A stretch of 64,000 nucleotides of DNA from the human T2T-CHM13v2.0 reference genome, Homo sapiens (GCF_009914755.1 NC_060927.1); one strand, 5' to 3'; numbered from the stretch's first letter, positions 28,032 through 41,965 are shown. Numbers and translations: made by a program. The notes: generated by a model not told the origin, from the sequence alone.

Positions 28032-28245
28032 GTCAGAGAGCAGATCAGTGGTTGCCTGGGGTTGGTGTTGGGAGAGGGAGGGAGGGATAACAAAGGGGGT
28101 ACAAAGAAACTATTGGGGGTGATGGATATGTTCATTATCTTGATTGTGGTGATAGTTTCACAGGCAAATACAAACATCAACACATCAACTTATTCATTTT
28201 AAATATGTGCATTTTTGTGTCCTTCAATTATTCTTCAAAAAATGG
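28032..28245 (+). mobile_element. Old L1 (L1MC/ME) 3'UTR end
   Basis: gcagatcagtggttgcctgggg...gggggtgatggatatgttcattatcttgattgtggtgatagtttcaca. Confidence 0.75.
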
Positions 28246-28750
28246 AAAAGGTGTTTATTTTGTCAATAATGAAAATCCACAGAGGTCAAGGTCACAGGGA
28301 TGGATTATTGAAGGAAGTAAGTCATGAGAAGACATGCTGAATGATTCAGGAGACTCTTCAGAATCTGAATAACGATATCATCATCCCCTTCTCACCAACA
28401 CTATTATTTGTTAAGCACTCACTCTTCGTGGACCTGGCATTCTACAAGAAATTTTACTGTATCATCACATTTAATCATCACAACCACCCTGGAAGGCTTA
28501 TCTCACTATTACCTCCATTTTACTGATAAGGAAATGAAGCCATATAAAGGGTAAAACTTGCCCCAGATTGCAGAACTAATAATGCAGGATTTGAACCAGT
28601 CGGAATCCACGCTCTTAAACTACTCCTCTAGCTGGCCCTTAACACTGGGAATAAAACACTTAAACACTGCTATTCGACAGGATTTCTCATATTGCTAGCT
28701 AAGGATAGAATAAAGAGCAATGATATCCCTTTAAAAGTTCTATAACTTGA

Positions 28751-29331
28751 TCAAATTGGAGATCTAGCAGCACAATTCACAACTGCAAAAATATAGAACC
28801 AGCCCAAATGCTCATCAAGCAATGAGTGGATAAGGAAAATGTGATATATATATCGCATATTTATATACCATGGCATACTTCTCAGCCATATATATAAAAT
28901 ATATCAAACATATATACAATATATAAAATATAAAACATATATATTATATATATAAAATATATATATACTCACCATGGAATACTACTCAGCCATAAAAAAG
29001 AACAAGATAATGTTATTTACAGCAGCCTGGATGGAATTGGAGACCATTATTCTAACTGAAGTAACTCAGGAATGGAAAATCAAACATCATATGTTCTTAC
29101 TCATAAGTGGAAGCTAGGCTGTGAGGATGCAAAGGCATAAGAATGATGCAGTGGACTTTGGGGATTTGGGGAAAGGGGTGGGAGGGGTGAGGGATAAAAG
29201 AATACACATTGGGTACAGTGTACACTGCTTGGGTTGTGGGTGCACCAAAATCTAAGAAATCACCACTAAAGAACTTATTCATGTAACCAAATACCACCTG
29301 TTCCCGAAAACCAATTGAAATAAAAAAAAAA
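28751..29331 (+). mobile_element. 5'-truncated L1PB (PB1-like) with internal TA-rich duplication
   Basis: gaggatgcaaaggcataagaatgat..ggactttgggga; TSD ttctataacttga (28738-28750 / 29332-29344). Confidence 0.87.
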
Positions 29332-29447
29332 TTCTATAACTTGAAAGACCTACATGAATATATCAAATATCTGGCATATTCGAGGGTAACCATAAGTTGA
29401 AAGTCTATCCTATAAACAGTACTTGAGGACTTTAGATGGGTCTGTAG

Positions 29448-29879
<432 letters not shown>

Positions 29880-30599
29880 TAGAGGGACTTGGAAACACTG
29901 AACATTTCCAAGCATCATGCTCTGTGAGGTGTATATTCTTGGTTGTTGCCTTATTTATATAACATAAAATATATTATTGTAGCCACTTTTAAGTATACAG
30001 CTCAATGACATTACATATATTTGTTGCCTTTTTTTCAAAGGTAGTATTTCTTCCTGAGGAGACAGTTGTGTGGTAAAGTTGCATGTGTGCTGCAGTCTAA
30101 TAGACTGGTGTTTGATTTCCACTTCTGTCTTTTTGTAGGGTATGACCTTGGTCAATTTGAAAACCTCTCTATCCTTCAGTTTCCTCATCTGTAAAATGAT
30201 GTTGATACAGGCCTACCAGACAGTACTGTTGCAGGCATTAATCAATATAATGTTTGGAAATTGCTCAGTATAATTTCTGGCATGGAGTAAAAGCTTTCAA
30301 TATGCTGTAGAAAATGTAGCTATTATAAATCCATCAAACGTTTCTGCAAGTCAGTGATTCTTAACCTCCTGGAGAAAGCTGAACCTAAGGGGGTCCTGAA
30401 TTGGATTTGAGGGGTCCTATAAGTGTCCTAAAGGATGCGTAAATTCATGTATCTTCTCTCTGTAAGTGTTTCGGAAAAAGACACACAACTTTCACCAGAT
30501 TTTCAAAGAAGTATTAGAAGTACAAGGGTGAAAACAGAAAACTTATTAGAGAAATATATATGACCAGATCAACCTCACTTAATCTGCTATTCGGGGCTT

Positions 30600-30612
30600 T
30601 GACCTTTGACCT
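30600..30612 (-). promoter_or_regulatory. Perfect DR1 nuclear-receptor element AGGTCA-A-AGGTCA
   Basis: + strand reads tgacctttgacct; motif match only, occupancy unknown. Confidence 0.45.
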
Positions 30613-31274
30613 AAGTTTTTCCCTTCCCTCTGTAGGTATTGTGGGTAAGTAGAAGAGCAAAAGGCTTACTCTTTGTCTTAGGGATACCTAATGGTGTTGC
30701 ATATAAGGGGGTATAAGTCACACCCCCTGGAGTTGTGGCCTGCAGTCTGCAGAGTTTGGCCTACTTTTCCCCCACACCCTTGGCACAGTGCAGCTGCATG
30801 GTCCTGGGGACACAGTGCTAACTGGACAGCAGGGTTGCTATGAGATTGTGCATGGGAAGACAAGGAACTCATAGAGTTAAGATGGCTTCACAGCCTGTGC
30901 CCTCACTTGGCTGTCTGGACCCTAGCCTTTCATAGTACAGCACTTTGCACATACGTCTAACAAGATCACCTGGGAAACTTGCAAATACGTGGTAGGTCTG
31001 GAGTGGGGCTGAGATTGTGTATTTCTAACAAGTTCCTAGGGGATCACACTTGGAATAGTGAGGCTCTAACCTTTTCATGTTAGTTTATTTGTCTGTTTCC
31101 CCAGTTGTCTCTGGGCAAAATGAAGGCAGGGGACAGGACCTTGTCTTATTCTCTTTCTGAGGGGTTTAGTACAGAGGTGACATATAGGTTGAAAGTAAAT
31201 GCTTAAGAAGTGTAAGGAAGGAAAAAGGAAGGAAGGAGAGACGGAAGGAAGCAAGGAGGAAACAAAAGAAGGAA

Positions 31275-31561
31275 GGTCCGGGCATGGTGGCTCACACCTG
31301 TAATCCCAGTACTTTGGGAGGCTGAAATGGGTGGATCTCTTGGGCCCAAGAGTTTGATGCCAGCCTAGGCAAAGGACAAAACCCCATCTCTACAAAAAAT
31401 ACAAAAAATTAGCTGGGCATGGTGGCACTCACCTGGGGTCTCACCTACTCGGGAGGCTGAGTTGGGAGGATCACCTGAGCGTGGGGAGGTTGAGGGTGTC
31501 GTGACCTGTGATCATGCCACTGTACTACAGCCTGGGTGACAGAGCAAGATGCTGAGAAAAA
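31275..31561 (+). mobile_element. AluJ inserted in a purine-rich tract
   Basis: Diverged dimer; aaaagaaggaagg on both sides. Confidence 0.87.
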
Positions 31562-31762
31562 GAAGGAAGGAAGAAAGGAAGGAAGGAAGGAAGGAAGGAA
31601 GGAAGGAAGGAAAGGGAAGAGAAGGAGGGAGGTGAGGGGAGGGACAGAAGGGAGGGAGGGAGGGAGGGAAAGGAGGGGAGGGGAGGGGACAGAGGAAAGA
31701 GGAGAGTGGGGAGAGGGAAGGAGGGGAAGGAGAGAATGGAAAGAAAGGAGAGAAAAGAAAGG
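31562..31762. repeat. Polypurine tract including (GGAA)9 at 31577-31612 and GGGA-type runs
   Basis: Seen directly. Confidence 0.95.
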
Positions 31763-33883
31763 TATGTAGTTTTGAGCAGAAAGGGGTTGTACACTGAAGG
31801 CGTGTAAGCATGTAGTTGTCATAACTGGACAGATTTTCCAGATACATTTCTGCCTCTAAGATCAAAGTTTCTTCCCTCTCTGAGACTCAAGGAAGGCACT
31901 CCGCCAGAAAAAGGAGAGGAAATAGAAGTCACCAAGCTGACCACTAATCAAGAGACTGAAGTTTGTCTCCAAGAGACAATTCTCTAATTTCTACAAAATG
32001 AGAACATTTACTGTATAATGAAATTCATTGTGCAGAACATCTCCTGAGCATAAAAATCTACAAGACGTAGACAGCTGCTCATAGGGCCATTTTTAAACAC
32101 CTTCTTTTGGAGTAGGCTGTTCTTTGACATGGACTGCAAAGTTTTACTTATGCAGTTATTTTATCACCTTTATCGCAAATGCATAAAAAGTAAAGACTCA
32201 AGGAAAGAAGGAAGGTTCTAAAAATATTCTTCATAGAGGCAGACACAAACTGGGGTTGAAAAGCCCAATTATCTTCTGTCACTTATATCACTCTAGTTGG
32301 AAACAGCTTTAACATCGGGAGTGACCACATATTACCTATCCTGCTCAGAGTCACCACTGCATTTACTTTCTAGTAGATGATTTAACAGACAGACAGAGAA
32401 TGTGAGTGCCACTGGTTAGAACATGGTTTCTAGGTGTCACACTATTTCATCAGGCAATGATGAATCACACTGCGGCTCTCACATCGACTTTCCCACGACC
32501 TCTGAGCAACTAGAGAAAGCCAAAGAACAATTCTGGGAGTTTGATTTCCCTAACAAAGCAACAGAAGGCCCAGATTAAACTGGCCTCTTTGAAACTTAAA
32601 AGGAACCACCATTTTGTCACCTTTTAGGGGGGCAAGCTGATTAATGGGCAGCGAATAATCACAAGAGAATTCACTGATTAAATGTGTAGCCATTGTAAAT
32701 GCAGATCCAAACCCTTAGAAAGAAATAAATGCAGACCCTTCTTGAGTTTCGCTGATTCTGCTCATATGTTTTGTATTTACAAAGAAAATAAAAATTGTCA
32801 AGGCAATTTTTAAGGAAGAGCTTAAGAGGAAAAAGCAAACCTTTAGCACAAGTTGCAAATGCAGTTAGCTTATTAAACATTATCTTATTCAACCCATCTT
32901 ATGCCACATCCCAAAAAGGGCACAGAAACTGGAAAAAAAGCAACCCATCCTGACTCAAATGTCAACTAAAATGTCTGAAAGTTTCCATGATGATGTTGAT
33001 AATGGTGATGATGACAGCAACTAAGTTGTCATCAACTGGATACTCTAAGTATTCTTCATATATTAAGTTGTCTACTCCTCAACAAAATATAAAATAGATG
33101 CTTATTAACTCCATTTTTACAGATGAGGAATCTGAGACATACAGAGTTTAAGTAACTTGTCTAAAATTACATAGGCGGTTAATGGCACAATTTACTCAAC
33201 TTTGGGTAATGTGGCCTTGGTACATGTGCTTTTGAGTCCTCCTAGCATTGATATTGATGATATGAATAAACTAAATGATGTGCTCCCATGACACTGCAGT
33301 TTCCATGGTATTTACTTCAACTGTCTATGAAGTAGCTCTCCTGGCTCTAATAGTCCATAAGACTGTAAACCTCATGGAATAGTCCCATTCCATGAGCAAT
33401 GGTTCAATAGGCAAATGACTTTAGTTGAGTGGTTCAGTCCATATCAATCTAATAATAAGTGCCTATTAAGTCCTGGTTGTGGCACAAGAGAGGAGAGAGG
33501 ATGGTGAGGGGAGAACATTAAAGAAACATAGAAAGATGGCCCTGTCCTTATGTCACATCTTCTAAAAGATGTGCTTGAATTAAAGATGCTTGGATTTTGA
33601 GAGGTTTTGCCAAAGAGTACTGTATTACCACTATAAAGGGAAGCCAAGAGTGATAGAGGTAATTTTCACCATCCAGCATCCTCTCACTCTTCCATTGGTA
33701 ACTGCATCCTGAACTTCTTTCAAAGTACCTAATCTCCTGTTTCCCCAAGATGCACAGTCTTGCTTTGATGTCAGAGGATAGGTAAGTGCCCTGAATCCTG
33801 CCAGAGTCATCCTCTTGGAAATTCAAATTTTGAGCAGAGTCATACATGGACAAAAAAACTTCAACATCAATGAACATTTCATA

Positions 33884-34178
33884 CATTCATCCTCGGTATC
33901 TGCCCCTTGCAGGTACTAGAGTCCAGAGATGCTCAAGTCCCTGCTATAAAATGGCATAATAGTTGCATATAACCTACCTACATCCTCCCATGTACATGAA
34001 ATCATTTCTAGATTACTTATAATACCTAGTACAATGGAAACGCTACATAACAGTTGTTATGCTGTATTATCTTTTTTTATTGTTGTATTGTTATTTTTAT
34101 TGGCTTTTCCTGAACATTTTCAATCTGTAGTTGGTTGAATCTGTAGATGCTGAATCTACAGATATGAAGGGCCAATTG
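33884..34178. mobile_element. MER2 (TcMar-Tigger MITE), probably splitting an old MLT1 LTR (about 33700-34376)
   Basis: gatgctcaagtccct..ataaaatggcat..tgcatataacctac...ttggttgaatctgtagatgc..gatatgaagggcc. Confidence 0.85.
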
Positions 34179-35190
34179 CACTGAGTTGGAGAAGCTTAAT
34201 CCAATTCTGCTGCCTGGAAAACCAGACCCCAGTACTACCCTGCTTTGTGCCCTTCTGGATCTTGTTCTTTAAGTGTTGCTTTGATTCTGTGTGATCCCTC
34301 ATGTCCTTCAACATATTCATTTTTGGCTTAAGTTGTCCAGTTTTTGTTCCTTGTAACCATGTAACCCTAACTGGTACACCACAATTACACATTCAGTTAT
34401 TCTATGTTCCTGTTAACATTTAATTACATGTATCTCAAGTCACTTTATAGAAGCATTGTTGGTAATAAAGGGGAACAATTAGGTAGGGTTTAAATAAGCC
34501 TGCTGATGAAAGTCAATGTGACTGTATTATTCCAGAAAGAAAATACATTGAAAATGTCCCCCAAACTCTTTCTGCATTTATTTCATTAACTGAATGGAAT
34601 AGTGAATCAAGAATCAGAAGACCTAACTGCTAGATCCAGCCCAATGACAAAAAGTTTGTGTGAGCTTGGGTAAGTCACTTTCCCTCTCTGAACTTATTTC
34701 AAATGTGTAAGATGAAGTAGAGAGGGTCTTTGAGTGTTCCTCTCATAAGTCATAAGGTTCTAAATGGAAAAAATGTGCCTTAGAAATTACTGAGGAATTG
34801 AGTAGATGCATCTTGAGGCCTCTTTTTTTTCTGAAAATGAAGACATTTTCCTCATACAGATTAGTAAACAGAGTTGAGTTCTAAATGGACTTCTTGAAGT
34901 AGAAATGTAACAGTGAGCGTGTTATGAAAGACCCAGGCTATTTCTCATGCCTGTAATTATCTTATATTCAAGGGGAGAACTCCAAAGGTCAGGATTATCA
35001 AATAGCTCTTCCGTTACCTGACTGGAAGCTAGTTATGGACCAATCCCAAGAAGGTGAGCAATTTGTATCATTTAATTTTTAGCTATTAATAAGTGAATTT
35101 CAGATTAATTTGGATCTTCAAAGGAAATGAAGCAAAATGAATCATAAAGCTTATTGGGTTATTTCCTTGGCAACTATTCAAACTTTATAG

Positions 35191-35718
<528 letters not shown>

Positions 35719-37719
35719 TAATGAGATCACCTCCCAGCCCTGTAGTCAGTGGCCCTGTGCTGAGCAAAATGGTCTGTTCATTCAGTGAAAGGCTAAATAT
35801 CAAAGTACTCTGATGAATTTTACCTGGAGCTAAACTCATCAGACAGGATAAAAGAACATTATCGATGGGAAAATTTACTTCTTTCAAATATCACAGAAAC
35901 TTACACACACAAAATGATAAAGGTATAAGAAATACTAAGATATGTTTTCCTATACCAATGGGGTTTTTCTTTCAAAAACAATTTCAGAACACATTTTTTT
36001 CCCAATCATTAATTTTTCTTATTTCATCAGTTAACATGATTAAGATGAAATGAGATATGTGAAAAGCCATCAACACCACTTTGAGGCTTTACAATACCTG
36101 CCAACCCTTGAGCTCTGACATTGAACTAGGCACTGTTGTGAACTATATACAAATAATATTATTTACTTCTCACTGTCCTTCAAAACAGATACTATTACTC
36201 TTGCTATTTTCCTGATAAGGAAACTAAAGCTCAGAGTGAGAGAGCGCTGTGCCCAAGGTCACACAGCTAGGGAGCAGCAGAGCTAGAGGTCACAGCTAGG
36301 CCTCCACTTAAGATTCAAGCTTTTAACTACTCTGTTCATATTAAGAAATTCAAGGTGAATCCTAAAGAAAAAGAAAGTGGATTGTGGTTTCTTGCAAATG
36401 TTGAAATATTAACTGAATGTTATGCCAAAAGGAGAAAAAAAAAGCCATTTTCCCCCTTTGAAATGGCACTGTCAGGAATGACTGAGGCTACTGTGTGTGT
36501 ATGACATCTGACATCTGGACCATGAGCCACCAGCATGTCCCATGATTTTGCATTTGACTTAATGATCTGGGGTCTTCCCAGTGGTATGATTTAGTGGGGC
36601 GGGGGTCGTTGTCCTTAATGTTGGTTTCTCATCATTGAGAGGTAAAAGCTAGAGTTCTTGTGACCTAAGCAAAGAGTGGCTTTGACTGGAGATTGGATTT
36701 ACAAGAAGATCCATCTGTGCAGCCTCCATGGGAAGGGGTCGCATATTTATCTCCCAAGAATTTGACACAAGCCATTTGTCAGCCACAGTCACACATGCTT
36801 GCTGTTTCCATGCTTGCTCCTTTTAGTCAAAGCAATAATTCCTGGTTTTGAGAGCACAACTGTGGGGTGCCAGGTGTTGATATTTTAGAAACAAACAGCG
36901 GTAAGGGACAGCTGTGGTGGTGGATTTCAATTTTTTTTTTCCGCCAAGCTGGCGATAGTATACTATGCAGATGAAATTAAAGCGTTTCAGACACTAAGTC
37001 TTTGCATCTCCACAATAATGTGCGATTTGTGATGACCTTTCTCTGAGGGACTCCCCCCGGAATTTACCTTCATTCTGAGGCCAGAGCTTCAAAGGACTGT
37101 GCTGCCGCACTTATACCTTGTGAATGCCATGAGCGATCTTTCAGATTTTCCTGTACTTTCTGTATTGTTCCAGCCTCTCCACCACTATGCCTGTTCTCAT
37201 CATTATCATTCATCAATATGCCCATTTTCATGTCAATTCAAATTCAGTGTGACATTTGCTTTCACTTTCCTTTGTGGGTCAACGTCCTTCTGAGCCTCAC
37301 AAGCGCTGGTTATGGCATAATGATTACTGCTCTGGGTAATACTCATTTGTGTGTTCTCATTTATTAAGGGAGAAATAATTTAATGAGGTTTCTATGAATT
37401 CTTTTTGTTTCTCAGGTAAAAGCAGCGCAGTGCTAACAAAAATCACTCCTCCAGATTCTTTAATAGGTAGTGAAATCAGACCCTCAAATAAAGTAAAATT
37501 TTAATTTGATACAGGATTAGTGGGACATTACTTTGATTTTTTTAAATAGTTCAGGTTAGTGGTTATAGAAAATGCTGTGTTCACCCTAGCACTTAACTCC
37601 TTTGAGAATCTTATGAAAGCTATATACCTCTGCCCAGAAAAAAATGCAAATGTGTTCAAGGTTTCAGATACACTTCCAGGTTTTCGTGGATCCAGTGAAC
37701 ACTTTACCACGTATATTCT

Positions 37720-37912
37720 AGGCTTTTGCTAAGAGAACTTTTCTGTGATGAAATGTTCATATCCACACTGTTCAGTATGGCAGCCATGGAATACATGTGG
37801 CTATTGAGCATTTGAAATATGGCAGATGCAAATGAGGCACTGAATTTTTAACCTAATTTACATTTAAAGAGCCACATGTGGCTAGGAGGTACTATATTGG
37901 GTGATTAGCTCT
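37720..37912. mobile_element. MER3 (hAT) nested in another hAT MITE (about 37575-37950)
   Basis: agaactttctgtgatg...cagcca..acatgtggctattgagcatttgaaat...agccacatgtggctag. Confidence 0.75.
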
Positions 37913-37959
37913 AGACAAGAGGTTCACAGACATGAGACTAAGACCCCTATACATATATA

Positions 37960-39310
37960 TTTATTTTTTAAAAGCAGCTTTATTAAGATCCAAGTCACAT
38001 ATCATACAATTTGGCCATTTAAAGTATGTAATTTAATGATTTTTAGTATATTTACACTTATGCAAACCATCACCACAATTAATCTTAGAAGATTTCTCTC
38101 ACCCAAAAAGAAACCCTAAATTCCACTAATGGTGGAATTTCCCATTTTCCCTCAGTTTCTGCTAGATCTAGGTAACCATGAATCTACTTTTTTTTCTCCA
38201 AGATTTGTCAATTCTGAACATTCTAGATAAATGGAATCACGATTTTTTTCTTCGTGACTGGCTTCTTTACATCATTCTTTGAAATGTTCTTTTGGATGTT
38301 GTTAATCCATGATGTCATATCAATGATACTGATCATGATGTATCAGTGACCGTGATGAACAATACTTCATTCCTTTATGTTGTTGAATAATATTTTATTG
38401 TATGAATATATCACATTTTGTTTATCCATTCATGAATTGATAACCATTTGGGTTGCTTCCACTTTTTGGCTATGATGAATAATGCTGCTATGAATATCCA
38501 TGGGTATCTGTATGGATGCATGTTTCAAATTCTCTTGGGTATATATCTAGGAGTGGAATTGCTGGATCATGTGGTAACTCATCTGTAACATGTTTGGCAC
38601 TGCCAAACTGTTTTTCTAAGTGCTTGCACTGTTTTATATTCCCTCCAGCAATGCATGGTAGCTTCAATTTCTCTACATCCTCACGAATGCTTGCTATATA
38701 TACTTATTAATTTAAGCATTCTAGCAGGGGACAAAATGGTATCTTATTATGGTTTTGGCTTGTATTTTCCTAATGGCTAAGGATGTGGAGCATCTCTTCA
38801 TGTGATTATTGACCATTTGTGTATTTTTTTTTTGGAAAATGTCTGTTAAAATTCTTTGTCAATTTTTTGATTGGGTAATTGGTCTTTTTATTGTTGAGTT
38901 GTAAGCATTCTTTATATATTCTGGATAAGTCCCTATCATACATATATGATATACATCAATTTGTATTTTATGTACAAAAGATTTACAAATACATTCTTTC
39001 ATTCTCTGGGTTGTCTTTTTACTTTCTTAATGGTGTCCTTTAAGATGTAAATTTTTTAATTTAGTAAAGTCCAGTTTATCTATTTTTTTGGGTCAATTAG
39101 GCTTTTGATGTCATAGGAAAGAAACCATAGCCTGATCGAATGTCATGAAGATTTACCCTATGTTTTCTACTAACAGTTATAGATTTAGCTCTTATATTTT
39201 GGCCTATGATGTATTGTGAGTTCATTTTTTTTTGTTTATGCCATGAGAACGGGATCCAACTCTGTTCTTTTGTAGGTGGATAACCAATAGTTCTAGCATC
39301 CTTTCTTTTT
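37960..39310 (-). mobile_element. L1MB-type 3' fragment; continues at about 47425-47820
   Basis: cagctttattaagat..acatatcatacaatt..; contiguity of tagttctagcatc..ttgaaaa with ttgaaaagaccactctttgctcattgaattg. Confidence 0.8.
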
Positions 39311-39414
39311 GAAAAAGTTTAATTAAAAATTTAAGATCCATAAATTAAGAAATCAACACTTTAGCATTTCCCTTTCAATGCAGTTACATGATTGCCTTTT
39401 CCATTTGTTCAAAT

Positions 39415-39610
39415 ATTTTTTTCCTTTTCTTAGTTGACATGTAATAATTGTACATGTTAATGGGATATAGTGTGATATTTCCATACATGTATACAATGTG
39501 TAATAATCAAATCAGAGTAGTTAGCATATCCATTATCTCAAACACTTAACATTTCTTCATGTCATGAACATTTAAAATCCTCTTTTCTACCATTTTGAAA
39601 ATATACACTA
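39415..39610 (-). mobile_element. L1MA 3' end, split by the L1PA7/8; continues at 47236-47420
   Basis: gacatgtaataattgtacat...aatcaaatcagagta..; resumes aaattgtcattaaccata..cagtgctacagaacactagaacttattcc. Confidence 0.82.
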
Positions 39611-40956
39611 GACTGACAGGGATCTGGCAAGACAGCCAAATAGAAACAGCTCCAGTCTGCAGCTCCCAGCAAGACCAACACAGAAGATGGGTGATTTCTG
39701 CATTTCCAACTGAGGTACATGGTTCATCTCATTGGTACTGGTTAGTCAGTGGGTGCAGCCCACGGAGGGTGAGCAGAAGCCAGGTGGGGTGTTGGCTTAC
39801 CTGAGAAGTGCAGGGGGCTGGGGAACACTCTCCCCTAGCCAAGGGAAGCCATGAGGGACTGTGCTGTGAGGGACGGTGCTATCCGGCCCAGATACTACGC
39901 TTTTCCCACAGTTTTTGCAACCCACAGACCGGGAGATTCCTTCGGGTGCCTACACAACCAGGGACTTGGGTTTCAAGCACAAAACTGGGCGACTGTTTGG
40001 GCAAACACTGAGCTAGCTGCAGGAGTTTTTTTCTGTACCCCAGTGGTGCCTGAACGCCAGAGAAACAGAACCGTTCACTCCCCTGGAAAGGGAGCTGAAG
40101 CCAGGGAGCCAAGTGGTCTTGCTCAGCGGGTCCCACCCCCATGGAGCCCAGCAAGCTAAGATCCATTGGCTTGAAATTTTCACTGCCAGCACAGCAGTCT
40201 GAAGTCAACCTGGGACGCTGGAGCTTGGTGGGGGGAGGGGTGTCCGCCATTACTGAGGCTTGAGTAGGTAGTTTTCCCCTCACAGTGTAAACAAAGCCAC
40301 TGGGAAATTCAGACTGGGTGGAACCCACCGCAGCTCGGCAAGGCCGTTGTAGCCAGACTGCCTCTCTAGATTCCTCCTCACTGGGCAGGGCATCTCTGAA
40401 AGAAAGGCAGCAGCCCCAGTCAGGGGCTTATAGTTAAAACTCACATCTCCCTGTGACAGAGCACTTTGGGGAAGGGGTGGCTGTGGGCACAGCTTCAGCA
40501 GACTTAAACATTCCTGCCTGCTAGCTCTGAAGAGAGCAGCAGATCTCCCAACACAGCACTTGAGCTCTGCTAAGGGACAGTCTGCCTCCTCAAGTGGGTC
40601 CCTGACACCTGTGCCTCCTGACTGGGAGACACCTCCCAGCAGGGGTTGACAGACACCTCATACAGAAGAGCTCTGGCTGGCATCTGGCAGGTGCCCCTCT
40701 GGGAGGAAGTTTCCACAGAAAGGAGCAGGCAGCAATCTTTGCTGTTTTGCAGCCCCGCTGGTGATATCCATGCAAATAGGGTTTGGAGTGGACCTCTAGA
40801 AAACTCCAGCAGATCTGAAGCAGAGGGTCCAGACTGTTACAAGGAAAACTAAGAAACAGAAAGCAATAACATTAACATCAACAAAAAGGATGCCCAAGAA
40901 AAACCCCATCCAAACATCATTAGCATCAAAGATCAAAAGTAGATAAATCCATGAAG

Positions 40957-41965
40957 GTGAGGAAAAAACAGCGCAAAAATGCTGAAAATTCCAAAAACCA
41001 GAACACCTGTTCTCCTCCAAAGGATCACAACTCCTTGCCAGCAAGGGAACAAAACTGGACGGAGAATGAGTTTGACAAATTGACAGAAGTAGGCTGCAGA
41101 AGGTGGGTAATAACAAACTCTTCCAAACTAAAGGAGCATGTTCTAACCCAATGCAAGGAAGCTAAGAACCTTGAAAAAAGGTTACAAGAACTGCTAAGTA
41201 GAATAACCAGTTTAGAGAAGAACATAAATGACCTGATGAAGATGAAAAACACAGCATGAGAACTTTGTGAAGCATACACAAGTATCAACAGCTGAATCAA
41301 TCAAGTGGAAGAAAGGATATCAGACATTGAAGATCAACTTAGTGAAATAAAGCATGAAGACAAGATTAGAGAAAAAAGAATGAAAAGGAATGAACAAAGC
41401 CTCCAAAACATATGGGATTATGTGAAAAGACCAAACCTATGATTGACTGGTGTACCTGAAAGTGACAGGGAGAATGGAGCCAAGTTGGAAAACACACTTC
41501 AGGATACCACCCAAGAGAACTTCCCCAGCCTAGCAAGACAGGCCAACATTCAAATTCAGGAAATACAGAGACCACCACAAAGACACTCCTTGAGAAGAGC
41601 AACCCAAAGACACATAATTGTCAGATTCACCAAGGTTAAAAGGAAGGAAAAAATGTTAAGGGCAGCCAGAAAGGTCAGGTTACCTACAAAGGGAAGCCCA
41701 TCAGACTAACAGTGATCTTTCTGCAGAAGTTCTACAAGCCAGAAGAGAATGCAGGCCAACATTCAATATTCCTAAAGAAAAGAATTTTCAACCCAGAATT
41801 TCATATCCAGCCAAACGAAGCTTCATAAGCAAAGGAGAAATAAAATCCCTTACAGACAAGCAAATGCTGAGAGTTTTTGTCACCTGCCTTACAAGAGCTC
41901 CTGAAGGAAGCACTAAATATGGAAAGGAAAAACTGGTACCAGCCACTGCAAAAACATACCAAAAG
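40957..41965 (+). pseudogene. L1 ORF1p remnant (stops and frameshifts)
   Basis: RKKQRKNAENSKNQ..., GVPESDRENGAKLENTLQD...ENFPSLARQANIQIQEIQR in separate short ORFs. Confidence 0.9.

Noticed and set aside
31445-31865. Pro/Ser/Leu/Phe-rich and Glu/Gly/Arg-rich ORFs
   Set aside because: Translations of the GGAA/GGGA low-complexity tract
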